The translations under genes and the position numbers were made by a program. Below, piece after piece: positions 42,768 through 54,734 of a stretch of DNA of 64,000 bases. Where the stretch lies: NCBI GenBank assembly GCA_031835245.2, contig JAVKOQ020000057.1, positions 124,001 through 188,000 of the forward strand, in the 5' to 3' direction. The notes under the pieces were generated by a model that was given only the letters and a program-made list of their open reading frames with translations, did no database searches and was not told the DNA's origin. The number at the start of each line of letters is the position of its first letter. The first letter of the stretch is position 1. Source of the stretch: Balamuthia mandrillaris. Taxonomy: Eukaryota.

Positions 42768-44529
42768 TCAAAAGTTGTTCGTGTTGTGCACCATTCGTGA
42801 CATCTGCAACACTTGATCCAGGTCGACACGGTAATACGTATCCGTGAGGTCACGGTTTCCGCCACCAAAGCCTACGAGCAAATGGTGCACCGACTGAAAG
42901 CCAAGAAAAAGAAAAAGACAAAGACGAGCGACAGAACAGAAGGACAAGCAGAAGGAGAAGGAAGCGGAAGCAAAGCAAGTGCATTCCTTCTCCAGGAGAG
43001 GGTTTGGCTGGTCCGGCCTCCTCGCCGCTGCCTCTTCCAAGAAAGACCACAGTGGCGGCCCCACCTCCTTTTGGGTATGCAGCGACAACTGGTCTTCAGA
43101 AGGGGCGTACGTTGTTCCATCATCCGCATACAAGCAGGTATTGGCCATCCCAAGAATACCGATACATAAGATAGACCACATGAACCTCCGAAGGAAAGAC
43201 TTTGGGGTGGAGGAATGGAGGCCAAGCAGGCCAAAGCCCTTTGCAAGGCACTGGCAGATAATAAGGAGAAGCCCACCTCGTTCTCCTCTCCCGAGGGCAT
43301 CGCCAGCTTTGGGGACGAGCTGTTGGTGTGTTGGGACCACAACGACGCCAACAACAAGAAGAAGAACAAGAAGAACAAGAAGAACAAGAACGAGAAGCAT
43401 TGGAACTATTTCAAAAACATCGTACCATAGAAAAAAATAAGACCTTTCTGGTTGTGAGGCTTACGTCTCCTTTCTCCAGGTCCGCGATCATTTTTTGCAG
43501 CAAACAAGACCAGTAGCGGGAGAGCAGCTTGATGGGTTTGTTTGTCTCGCAGATTGTCTTTTGTTTAAAACAATAAGAAAGGCGAGGTGGCATGAGCAGG
43601 GACAAATCATCACCACATTGGCGGAGAGAGTGTGCGTTTTTTTTTTGCTTTATTTTTCTTGTTTACAATATGCAAAGAAGTGGGGAAGAACAGCGGCTGG
43701 GCTGGCGGGAGCGGAAATACCATTTGGGTGAGCTGCAGGAGCAGGACAAAGCGCTGGGAGGACGTGACCGGTCTGGGTTTGCAGGCACGCTTGTGTGGCC
43801 CTCTCCGCACTGCAATGCGGACGGAAACTGTGTGAGTGATTCACAATCGGGAGTCAACCAGCAGGCATACGTACTTCAGGGCTTGTCTGAATTCTTCCAA
43901 AGACTCTGCAGTGACCACAGGGCGAGGGGTGGGGGCGACTAAGGCCCTAGTTAGCACCTCCATTCGCGCATCAAGTGCGTCCAGTTTTGCGTTGGTCCCT
44001 TCTACCGCTGCGTCCAGTTTTACGTTGGTCCCTTCTACCGCTGCCGTTAGCACGTCAAGCTTGCGCTGAATGTCTTGCAAAAGCTGGGAAGGATGGAATG
44101 AGTTGTTGGGCCGAGCAAGTAAACACAACACTGAAAAACTTACGTCGTTTGTGGTCAAGACGTTCTCCACGGCGTCTGCTATGCTGTCGAAAGGGAATCG
44201 GCTGACCTCGTCCGCTACTTCATCCAAGGGAAACTCGGCCACCGTTCTAGCCAATTTCCCCAGCTTTTTGATCCCTAAGGCCGCTCGCTTGTTCTTGTCT
44301 TCAGAGGTCTGCCCCTCGTCTACTTCTTTCTCCTTCTCCCCCTCGCTACGAGGTCGCTTTCTTCCTCCTGCTGTTGTTGGCGCTCTTGCCCCTCCTTCGA
44401 CAGAAAGAAATCAACAAGCCGTTGGACGATCTCCGGCTTGTTCCCTTCGTGGGAGATGCCCACCGCCAGGCACAGCGGCCTCAAAAATTCCAAGGTGGCA
44501 GCACGGAGCTTCGCTTCCGGTATGATCAT
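42768..44529 (-). pseudogene. SAP-domain, NLS and coiled-coil gene (multi-exon) with a frameshift; possibly transposon-associated
   Basis: KLRAATLEFLRPLCLAVGISHEGNKPEIVQRL fits the SAP pattern. A frame change near 44400 is needed to reach GGRKRPR and downstream exons, which have GTAAG...CAG introns; ends MVHNTNNF*. Confidence 0.55.
43976..44041. repeat. 33-bp tandem duplication encoding AVEGTN(V/A)KLDA twice
   Basis: tgcgtccagttttRcgttggtcccttctaccgc occurs twice. Confidence 0.9.
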
Positions 44530-45869
44530 CCTACTACTGTTTTTTTTTTGGCTGCAGAATAAAAAGGCTCGGGCCTTGTTTTAGGAGAGGAAGTCGTTAC
44601 GGGGCCTGCTCGGATCACAAGGATCAGTCGTGTCGTCTTGACAAAAAGGTCGAGCGTTCAGGAACGCTTGATCTACGTGTGTTTTACTGCTTTTGCTGAC
44701 ATAGCCCAGATCAAAAGTGCTGAGGAGGTGCACAAACTGAGAAGTGTTTTATTGAGCTGCAGCTTTTGTGCTCTCAGACTGCAGAGGACGGCGAGTGGGC
44801 TGCAACTTAGCAAAAGAAGCTGTGAAGGGACTAAAGCGGCGCTACGCAGCAAAATTTGGTGGGGAAAAAAAAGGACAACACTTTGCCTTCTCTGCTATTT
44901 TAGCTGGTGGCAATTTCTGTCAACTGCTTTGCTTTAGTGAAGGGATGTGTAATGGAACCTAGGAAGCCATTCTCCCACTTGCTTTATGCTATAGCTTCCT
45001 GGGTTCCACTACACGTCCCTTCTTCCTCCTCACATTGCTTTTGTACTGCCTCTATCCAACAGTTTACATCTACTATAAATCTGTTTCCATTCAACTTGAT
45101 TTTTGGTGTAGGCCTTGGTGAGGAGCTTGGTGAAGAGAAGGTGGCGTTGCTTTCTTTCTGGAGCTGCCTTTTTCACCATGTCTTGGCTTCTTGCATAATT
45201 TTTTCCAAAAATTACACTTTTGTGATATATCACAAAAGACAAATACATGCAGCTGCATTAGTTGACAGAAATTTTTTTCATAAAAACAAGAACAAAAAAT
45301 AAGAAGTGTGTAAAAAGAAAACAATAACAGGAGATGTACCTTGCTGGAAAGTGCATGAACCGTAGTCCTCCATATTTTTGTGCCCATGCATCATGCCTTG
45401 TTCTTCCTTATGGCCGCTGCTTCCAAGGAAAAAATTCATCAAGTCTAAACAGACATGAGAAGAGCTACCAGTTCCACTTCTGATCCAAAGATTGCAGCAC
45501 TTGTGTATCCATTCCACCAGAACAGAGGACTGGGAAAAAACATGATGACCCAACGTTTGTCTGACTGGTCATAGTAGTTGTAATACAGATTGGAGGGAGG
45601 AAGAAGGAATCATGAGAGAGAAGAGCATACCAAATGCCTGACTGGTTGCAAGTATTGTAATGAGAACACAGAGAAAAACCAAATGAAAGAAGAGCTTGAG
45701 CAGGCAAGAACAGAGAAGTTGATCCAGAGATTAGCCAAACATGAATAGAGATTACAAAGGCTTGTTTTGAAAGAGCAAGCAACAATGATCTTCTAAACAG
45801 TGTCAAGAAGCTCTTTGATGCCTATCATATCCTCTACACTTTCTTCAAAACATAGTTGGATCAATGAAT

Positions 45870-47325
45870 AAGCAGGAAAACACTTGAACTAGAGTTAAGA
45901 AGCGAACTTAATGCAATCAACAAAGTGGCAAAAAACGGAATGAAGGTAATGATAAATGACAAGGAAGTGAAAGCAAACCTCTTTTTGACAGTGGACCTTA
46001 AAGCATTGAAGGAGATAAGTGGAATGAACTCCTTTTATGCAAGTAACATGAAGTATTGCTGCTTTTGGTGTTTTGCAAAAAGAAAACATATCAGACAACA
46101 AGTAGTATTCAAAGAAAAAATACAGTTTTGAACAGCAGCAAAAGCAATAAGTCTCTTACCAAACATAAACACAAAAAACTTCAACAAAAGTGGGCAGAGA
46201 TAATAGAAGAAGAAAAACAACATCCAGGCCTCATGATTTAGAAATCAATTGAGCATCTAAAAGCATCAACACAAAAAACATCAGCAAAAAAGCATTGTGG
46301 AATAATGAACAAACCTCTACTTTTCTTTTTACCTGAATAAGTTATTCCTTGTCTTCTTCACTTGGTGATGGGAATTGTGTGAAAGATGTTGAAGAAAACC
46401 ATGGAACTGTTATACCACTCTCCCATAATACCTATCCCTATCTCTCCTTGTATATATATCTCTTTCTTTCATTTTATTAAAGGTCTTTTCCCTACACCTA
46501 TCGAGTTGGTGTCCATTAGGTTGTTTCCCTACTAACCTTATTACAGAACTTGTTGATGAGAAAGATGAAGAACTGCAACAGCTTCTCGTCATAGTATTTG
46601 AAAGCATGGACATACATTTATCTGACAAAGAAGGAATGAATATGAAAGAACAGATAAAGGACAGTCGTTTGAACCAAACTGAGTACTTACACATTTTAGA
46701 GAATTATTAAAAGCTACTTAATTGTTTTGGAAAGTTAGAAGAAGAAGAAGAAGAAGAAGAACAAGAACAAGAAGAACAAGAAAAAGAAGAAGACAAACAA
46801 CAACAGCAGCAAAAGGAAAAAGAAAAGGAACAGGAAGAGAAAAAGATGAAAGAAGAAATACCTGATGAAGAAAGTGACTTTCACATTTTTGAGAGCTTGG
46901 TTCCATTGGTTCTTTGTTTTAACAATGGTGATGGCAATGGTGATGGCAATGGTGATGGTGATGGCAATGGTGATGGTGATGATGATGGCAATGGTGATGG
47001 CAACAGTGACAGTAACAGCAATGATAAAGAGAAAGAGGAAGAGAAAGAAAAGGAGAAGAAAAATAGGAAAAAAGTTAGTCTTAAAGAAAAGCAACAGCAG
47101 GAGCATTCACAATCACAACAAGATTCTACACTAGAAGCATTGAGAAAGATACGGAAAGCATGGCAAATGTTTCATCATACATGTGTATTGGCACTGCAAG
47201 AGAATATTGATATTTCAAGTGATGAATGGGAGAAAGAAGCAGCTCAATTCAAATATGCCTTCTTCAAAGCATGGAGCCCAGAGGACTGGACTACTTATAT
47301 GCATATTTTTGTTACACACAACAGG
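45870..47325 (+). mobile_element. Degenerate RAG1/Transib/Chapaev-type DDE transposase core
   Basis: Colinear motifs: SRKTLELEL; LFLTVDLKALKEISGM...KYCCFWC; GIMNKPL...VIPCLLHLVMGIV; SRLNQTEY; W...WTTYMHIFVTH. Multiple stop codons, truncated at both ends. Confidence 0.72.
46922..47022. repeat. (GATGGCAATGGT)n-like repeat encoding GDGN inside the transposase relic
   Basis: Directly visible. Confidence 0.85.
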
Positions 47326-48329
47326 CCGTCTGCTTCCCTCTTCGAATTCTGCTTTGCTATTCTTTTTTTTTAACAGTGTCGACATGAGAAGCAGTCATTT
47401 ACCAAAGATAGGTAATTGTCTACAAATACGGCTGGATTTTTCTCCTGCCACGTAAGCTTTTCCTCCGCAGTATGACTCTAGATAAAAGAGTGAGCAGGGA
47501 AAGGCGGAGAGGAAACGGAACGAAATGACTACTCCTGCACCCTCTGGCTCCGCCAGCTCAACCGCGAACCAACCCTCCCCTGTTGGCGGCCTCACCGGGT
47601 GGCTTTCGACCCTGTGGCAATTGATCTATCCACCAGCTCAACACAGAATGCTATTGGAACAGCTTGAACGAGCATCCCAGGAGGACGAACAGAGATGGAG
47701 ACAACGGGTAGCAGCCCAGGGATCGGGGCTCTTCCGCTCAGAAAAGTGATGTGATTGGGTCGAAGACGGATGCTCCCTCCTTCGGTTTCTTCACCTCAAA
47801 CATATGTTATCGGTGAAAGTCACAGATAAAAAAAAACAGGAGGTTGAGTTTTTATTTCCGTTCAAAGAACCGCTGAGATTGGACTCGTCAGTAAGCAAAA
47901 CAACACATGTCCTTATCCCTCGAAGCTCGAAGCCACTACTGCATTGGCCGGTCGTTCAGCTAGCTTCACGGGCGAGCCTCGGGTTCCCCCTCATAACTCA
48001 TTTCCGGTAGTCGCTAAACCGTTGAACGATGGCGAATGTGGCAAGTTGGTACCAAAAAATTGCCAAAAAACGCCAAATGCCTGGCGCTCCGTGGCATCAG
48101 CGCCACATAGACAAAAAGTTCATCGCGCAATACGTGGCTTGGCACCGGCGGTGACGTGTGTGGCTTGGTGGAGCTTTGTCCAGGTTTTCGCAGTAGCAGA
48201 AGAAAGAGCCATTTGGGAAAACAAAACAAAACAGACAGACAGACGGAACTGGTGCGAGAAGGAGGGAGGAACAGCGGTGGTGGTCGGCACTCTTGTATGT
48301 AAATAGTGTCCAACACTGAGGAAAGCGTG

Positions 48330-49005
48330 ATGCAAAACGGCAAGCGGCCCCGCCACCGCCCGCTGGGGAGCAGCGAGAGCGACGAGGAGAATCTTAACTT
48401 GGAGTGCTACCCCGAGGGGGAAGAGGAGGAGGAAGAGGAGGAAGCGAAAAAGCAGACCACGACGATCGCAGGGGGAGGTTGCGCCTTCCTGTCCTTCATT
48501 CATGGAGGCTCTAAGCAGGCGCAACAAGCGCTGCGGCTGATGGAAACGGGAACGCTGGACGTTAACGCCAGAGATGAAGCTGGTTGGACACTCCTTCATG
48601 TATGCGCTTTCACGTCTCCTTTTTCTGCTTGAGATTTCAGATTTTCGCTTACGCTGAAACCATAACAGTACGCCAGTTATCAAAAGGATCATGCCTTCGT
48701 TGCCAGCCTGTTGGGGTTAGGAGCTGACCCTAACCTTCGCGACTCTGCTGGATACACTCCACTCATGTATAACTTCTCTCCTTCGTTGTCTCTCTGTTTC
48801 CATGTTTGTGTCTGTCTCTCTCTCTCTGTCTCTCTCTCTCTCTCTCTGTCTCTCTGTCTCTCTGTCTCTCTGTCTCTCTGCTCTCTCTGTCTCTCTGTCT
48901 CTCTGTCTCTCTGTCTCTCTGTCTCTCTGTCTCTCTGTCTCTCTGTCTCTCTCTCTGTCTCTCTGTCTCTCTGTCTCTCTGTCTCTCTGTCTCTCTGTCT
49001 CTCTG

Positions 49006-49073
<68 letters not shown>

Positions 49074-49194
49074 GTCTCTGTCTCTGTCTCTGTCTCTGTC
49101 TCTGTCTCTGTCTCTGTCTCTGTCTCTGTCTCTGTCTCTGTCTCTGTCTCTGTCTCTGTCTCTGTCTCTGTCTCTGTCTCTGTCTCTGTCTCTG

Positions 49195-49230
<36 letters not shown>

Positions 49231-50999
49231 TCTGTCTCTCTCGCTGTCTCTCTCTCTCTGTTGTTGTGACGCAATTCTTGCTTACAATGAATGTTAGGTG
49301 GGCAGCCCAAAACAAAGATAAGAAAACAACATCATTATTGATCGCTCATAACGCAAACCCCTATACTGAGGACTTTTTCGGTTGCAGTCCCATTCAAGTT
49401 GTGCCGAAGGACTCTGCTCTCCATCGCTTGATGATGCGCAGCTCCTTTACTCCACCAACAAAGCAAAGTTCTCTCTCATCTCGCTCTTCTTCACTCTCAT
49501 CGCCTTCTTCTCCCACGTTTTCTTCCTCGCTTTCCCGTTCTTCTTCATCTCCCACTCTTTTGTCTCTCAATGCATCTTCTTCCTCCGCTTCTTCGTCTTC
49601 TTCAAAAACTACACCCCCTGCTGTACCGTCTCCCTCTAGCCTCAAGCAAATCCGAAAACACACCCAAAACTTGTGGAAACTGACGAAAGGCACAATGACC
49701 ACCCAAATCATGATCCTGTTCTTTCAGTTTTGTCTCTGTCTCCTGGTGGAGATCTTCCAGGACGACCTAAAGCGTGCTCTGCAATGGGCGCTCTTCCTGG
49801 CTCCCTTTCGCTTCATCTTCTCTTTTGTCTACAACACCATCTCCAATTTTATACACTTTATCGTATATTTTTTAGGTTGTTACAATCTGGCCGAATATCT
49901 TCACGCCTTGCTTCACGACTCTGTTCTCCCTCTACTCTCCTCTACTTTTACTCGCATGCTGCAAGCCTCTGTCTTTCTTCTCCGGCCACTCTTCATCGTG
50001 TTGAAAGGGCTCATCTTTCCGCTTATCCGCTTCTTGGCTGGTCAACTCGCCTTCTTACTTCGTCCCATCTACCTCCTGATTGCTCCTCGCCTACAGGCAG
50101 CCCTCCAAGTACTCTTTGGCTACCTCTACCTCCTCAGCAAGCCCATTTGGAATGCTCTCTGGAATGTGCTGCAAGCGCAGCTCGAACCGAAGAACATTCT
50201 CCGCAAGTTGGCCTTTCCTTTCGTCATCGTCTTCTCCAAAGTGCAGAGTTATCTCCTCCCAACTAACTTGCTTTATGCGGTGGAGCGGCGCGTGGCCTCC
50301 TTTCTCGGCTTGGAGCCGGATGAGGACCGCATGTCCCGAGAGGAGACCAACAAAAACACCGCGCTCGCCCTCATTATCTCCTTCTCCTTCCTATGTGAGG
50401 CCTTCATTCTTCTCTTTGGCTACATTTGGAAACTTCTCTTCATCGCTCTCCATTTTTATCTCCTATACTTTCCTTTCGATCCGTTTTTACAAACCTCACC
50501 AACTTCTTCTACCACATCTTCTTTACTTGCGAACACAACTACAATTATGACGAAAGAGGAGTGGTGGCACCCGGTTGCAGCCTTGTTGTGGAATTATGCA
50601 CAGGACGAGGATCTGTTCACGTGGAAAGTGGATTTGGATCACCATCACTTTGGCATTTTGGGACTGGTCTTTGCCATTGGGTTGGTCATGGCTTTGGCCT
50701 TTCTCTATGCCGTTGTTTGGCTGTGCTTCATCCTGTTGCAGTCTGTCTGGAGGATGCTGTCTTCTTGTTGTGCTATTGTGCTACGACGAGGAGGAACCAC
50801 GAATACACAAGGAGGCAGAGCAACAACAACGTCAACAAACCGAAGGGACGGAGAAGAAGAGGAACGAGAAGGAGAAGCGGAAGCAGAAGAAAGAAGAAGA
50901 GAGAAAGAGAAAGCTGATGAGCTGATATCAAGCAATGGACTACACCGCGAAGCACGCGGATTGTTTTGGCGACGAGGAGGCAAGAAGCGGAATACTTAA
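48330..50999 (+). CDS. Ankyrin-repeat protein with C-terminal multi-TM region
   Basis: DVNARDEAGWTLLH, GADPNLRDSAGYTPLM, WAAQN...ANPYTEDFFGCSPI, then a Ser-rich linker and several hydrophobic helices. Confidence 0.82.
48810..49260. repeat. Compound (CT)n/(CTCTGT)n/(CTCTCTGT)n microsatellite in an intron
   Basis: Pyrimidine-rich array of about 450 bp. Confidence 0.97.
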
Positions 51000-51063
51000 G
51001 GAAGAAGAGAAGGAGAATAATATGTATAAGTCTTGTATCTCATTTTGCAACATTCTTTTTTCT

Positions 51064-53198
51064 TTATTGACCATTATCAACAGTGATCCGAAAGTGTTCC
51101 TGCGCCTCCTCCAGTTCCTTCTGTCGCCTCTCTTCATCCCACCGCAGCTCCTCCGCCATCAGCTGCACCACACGAGGTAACGCCCGCAACGTGGCTGCGT
51201 TATCCAACAGAGCCAAGCGGATCCGTCTCTCCAAAAAGTCGACAGCGGTCACGCAATACTCGTTACGAATGGCGTGAAGCACTTCCGCCTCCAAGAAAGG
51301 ATAGTTTGGTAGCAACAATAGCGAAGAAGAAGCAGAAGAAGCAGAAGCAGAAGCGATTTCAGCAACTTTCCAGGCTTGATCGCCATAAGCACGATTGAGA
51401 TGCTCGGCCACAGCGTGGAGAAAGGTTTTGTCTTTACCACCAAGCTCTTTCTCAAGAAGCGTTTGGAAGAGGGCCGGGTAGTCCTTTTGGATTCCTTCCA
51501 CGTAGTCAGGATTGTACTCGACCGCTCCCACTAGTTTCAGCTCTTCGGTCACAGGGTTCTCCTTTCCGCTCTGTGCTATCTCTTCATAACGTTTCAATCT
51601 ATCTTCATTCTTGTCCGTCTTGACCTTCTCATTGGCGAGGAGCACGTCGACAACCGCGTGATAAACGATATCCTCGCTCATCTTTCGATACGTGGTCCAC
51701 TTTCCTCCAATAATGGTCATCAACTTGGAGGGACTGGTATAGATGGCATGCTCGCGGCTCATGCTGGCTGTGTCTTTGGCCTCTTCCGCTTTTTTCAAGG
51801 GGCGAATGCCGGACCAAGCGCTGAGAACGTCGGAACGAGAGACCTTTTGGTTAAAGTTCTCGTTGATGTGGCGGAGGATGTAGTCGATCTCCTCCTGTTT
51901 GGGACGAGGATTGTTGGTAATGTTGCAAGGTCCGTCCGTCGTTCCTGCTAATGTTTTGTCTGTCGTTTTGTTGGTTAGTGTTTGGATTGAGTACAGAAAA
52001 TAAGGAAGAGGCAAAGAGACAAAACGTACTGTGCCAAGGCAACAAGAACACAACACGCCTGTCCGAGGTCTTGGTGATGAGCAACCCTTCGGTGGGAGGC
52101 GTGAACCGTCCATCCAACACAATATGCGTGCCAGCGCTGGCTTGCAAAACCCTCTTTCCCGTCGGGTCATCCATCAACCTGATCTCGTCCGCGAAATGGC
52201 CAGCTGCATTGATAACCGCCTTGGCTCTCACCTCAAACCTCCTTCCGGTCAGCTGGTCTTCCACAACCGCTCCGCTCACCACTCTGTCTTTGGCCACCCC
52301 CTTTGCCTCTCCTCCTCCATTCACCGCCACATCGATCTCCTCATGAAGAATATCGACCGCCTTCACTCGGTTGACCGCAACGGCCCCGCGAGAGATGGCC
52401 GTCATGATGAGCGCCAGGTCAAAGCGAGCGTCATCAAACTGACCGTCGTAATAGACCACCGCTCCGTGCAGGCCCTCCGGTTGGATCTGAGGAAAGTGCT
52501 GGAGGGCCTGGCCGCTGGTGAGAAAATAGCTGTTGTGGATGTGCGGATAGGCTATCCAGTCGTAGAGCTTCAGCTGGAGCAGGCTGGGCAGCAGGTCCGA
52601 CCAGGAGTAGATGGGAGTGAGAATGGGGATGGGGTTGGTCAGGTGTGGGGCCTGCTGGAAGAGGTTCCATCGCTCGTGCAAGGCCTCTCTCACCAAGGAG
52701 AATTGGCTGTAGTCCCATCTGTCGATGGCTTTCTTTAAATCTGATGGAAGCAGGAGAGAGAAGTGAAAGGGAAGAAGGAAGGAAGGGTGAGAAGAAGAAG
52801 AAGAACAAGAACAGAACAAGAACAAGAAGAAGCAGAAGAACAAGAACAAGAGGAGAAAGCGTACAACGAACGCCGCCGTGAAGCAATTTAGTGCTACGGC
52901 TGGAGGTGCCAGCGGCAAAGTCGTCCATCTCCACGAGAGCCACTTTGAGGCCGCGCACGGTGGCGTCCAAGGCCGCTCCCGCTCCGGTGGCACCGCCGCC
53001 AACGATCAAGAGGTCAAAGTCCTGCCCGTCCTCGAGCTGCCGCAGCAGGGCCTGGCGGGAGGGCAGCGTGGGCGGGAGGGAGCGTCCCGTGCCGGTGGCG
53101 CCTTTGCTGACGGGGTCGTGAAGGTTCTTCCACGACATATAAGGGAGCATGCCCACTGCCACGAAGATGGCAGCTATCCAAAGCCACTTTTGCTTCAT
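51064..53198 (-). CDS. GPD2: Mitochondrial FAD-dependent glycerol-3-phosphate dehydrogenase
   Basis: [74 protein letters not shown]. Confidence 0.95.
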
Positions 53199-53589
53199 CT
53201 GTATGTGCTGTGTGCTTGTAACGTTTAAACTTTTTTTTTTCTTTATTTGTTAATTCTTTTTTGTTGTTTTTTTAGGTGGATTAAGGATCCAATCACGATC
53301 GTGAAATGGGTGGAAAGTGGAGGGAAAGTTGAAGGAAATGTAATCGAAAGTGTTTGGATTAGTCGACGTAAATTCGCCACGGTTCGACGCCCGGCGCTAG
53401 CGTTTTTTTTTTTGAAAAGAGGATAGACGATCTTTGCGTTACCAGGACAGCTGCATTGTTTTCAATCTCTCACTGATCCAACAAGAGACCGTCTTGTTAG
53501 TCCTACAGACAATGACAAAAGCCCGATCAGTTTTACAACGGTAAACAAACTGAAAGAGTGCACCCTTTCTCTGGTGTTGGTAATGCGGG

Positions 53590-54497
53590 TCAATGAGGAA
53601 AGCCCATCTCTTCATCATCGGTTCCAGAGGTTGAGTGCGCTTCCATCATCAGGCTGGCCAACAGCCGGTTCTCCTCGTCTTGTCGGGATGGCGATGAAGA
53701 CAGCAACGTCGAGTTAAGCGATGCATGTTCTTGAGGGGAAGCAAAAGTTGAAGGAGAAAATGACGATGAAGGAGCAGAAGGAGAAGATAAAACTGAACGC
53801 AAGAGCTCAGTGGCAGAGGTTGATGAAGTGGGAGAAGATGAGAGATGGTGAAGACTCAAGGAAGAAGTAGAAAAAGACCCTGAAGAAGAAGAAGAAGAAG
53901 AACAAGAAGAAAGGATTGAAGAAGGTGATGACAACGAAGAAGTGGAAGCACGCAGTGAAACAGAAGAAGGGGAAGAGGGAGAAGATGAGAAAGCAGAGGC
54001 AGAAGAGGGCAAGGACTCGTTTCCTCGTAGGTAGCCGAGGAGGAAGGCAAATTCTTCTTCACTGAGCACTTTATCTGCAATGGACGCCTGCTGCTGAGCT
54101 CCTTTGTCCGGGGATAGGCTCTCCTCTTTCTGCAATAAAAGGTGTGTAAGCACTCCTTGCATGCAGAAAGGGGGAGGGGAGATGAAAACCTGAACGGCCA
54201 CCCCAAAGGAAGCGTTTGCCAGGACTGCTGAAGTATCAATCGGATGGTCGTTCAGAAGAAAGTCGCCAACATCAGCAGTGTCTAAAGGATAGGGACACTT
54301 TTTTTGTGTGAAAAAAACAAACAAACCCAGTCAGTCCCTCCCCCCTTAACCCACCACCACTACCACCGGCAAAGGGAGGGCGATACCTGAGGACACAGCA
54401 ACACCGCCTCGACAAAGTTGATATGATAGGGACGAAGAGCCACCACACCGCCGCCTTGACATCGCGGGCAAAGCTGTCCTTTGCGCGCCGTTGCCAT
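53590..54497 (-). CDS. Small protein with a USPL1-N-terminal-like C4 zinc motif and Ser-rich tail
   Basis: Spliced translation MATARKGQLCPRCQGGGVVALRPYHINFVEAVLLCPQ|KKCPYPL. Confidence 0.65.
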
Positions 54498-54734
54498 TTT
54501 TTTTTGTGGTCAGGGATGGTTCAGGTCGTCACGGAATCTAATAAGTTCGTCGGCTGAAATTATTACATGACGACACGAATAATTAAAACATGATATCCAG
54601 GCAGCATTCCCTCCTTCTTCCTCCTGCCATCATGCAAGTTGCCGACGCCCTGAGCAAGCCGAAGAGGATGGATGGCAGATGGACGCATGGACGGCACTCC
54701 CTCCTTCTTCCTCATGCCATCATCATCATCGTCA

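Noticed and set aside
42813..43440. Plus-strand overlapping ORFs suggesting a pseudogene
   Set aside because: Better explained as antisense shadows of the spliced minus-strand gene; the pyrimidine-rich introns point to the minus strand.
44616..44648. RSS-like CACAAGG-N18-ACAAAAAGG near the RAG-like relic
   Set aside because: Both motifs are imperfect, the spacer is not 12 or 23, and I found no partner end.
48711..49315. ORFs with SV/SL/RD/ET dipeptide repeats
   Set aside because: Translation artefacts of an intronic microsatellite; the same applies to the KKER (38641-38935) and KQTN (5622-5923) ORFs.
54601..54726. Two ~33-bp direct repeats near the GST stop codon as a CRISPR-like unit
   Set aside because: Only two low-complexity copies, eukaryotic context, no cas genes.
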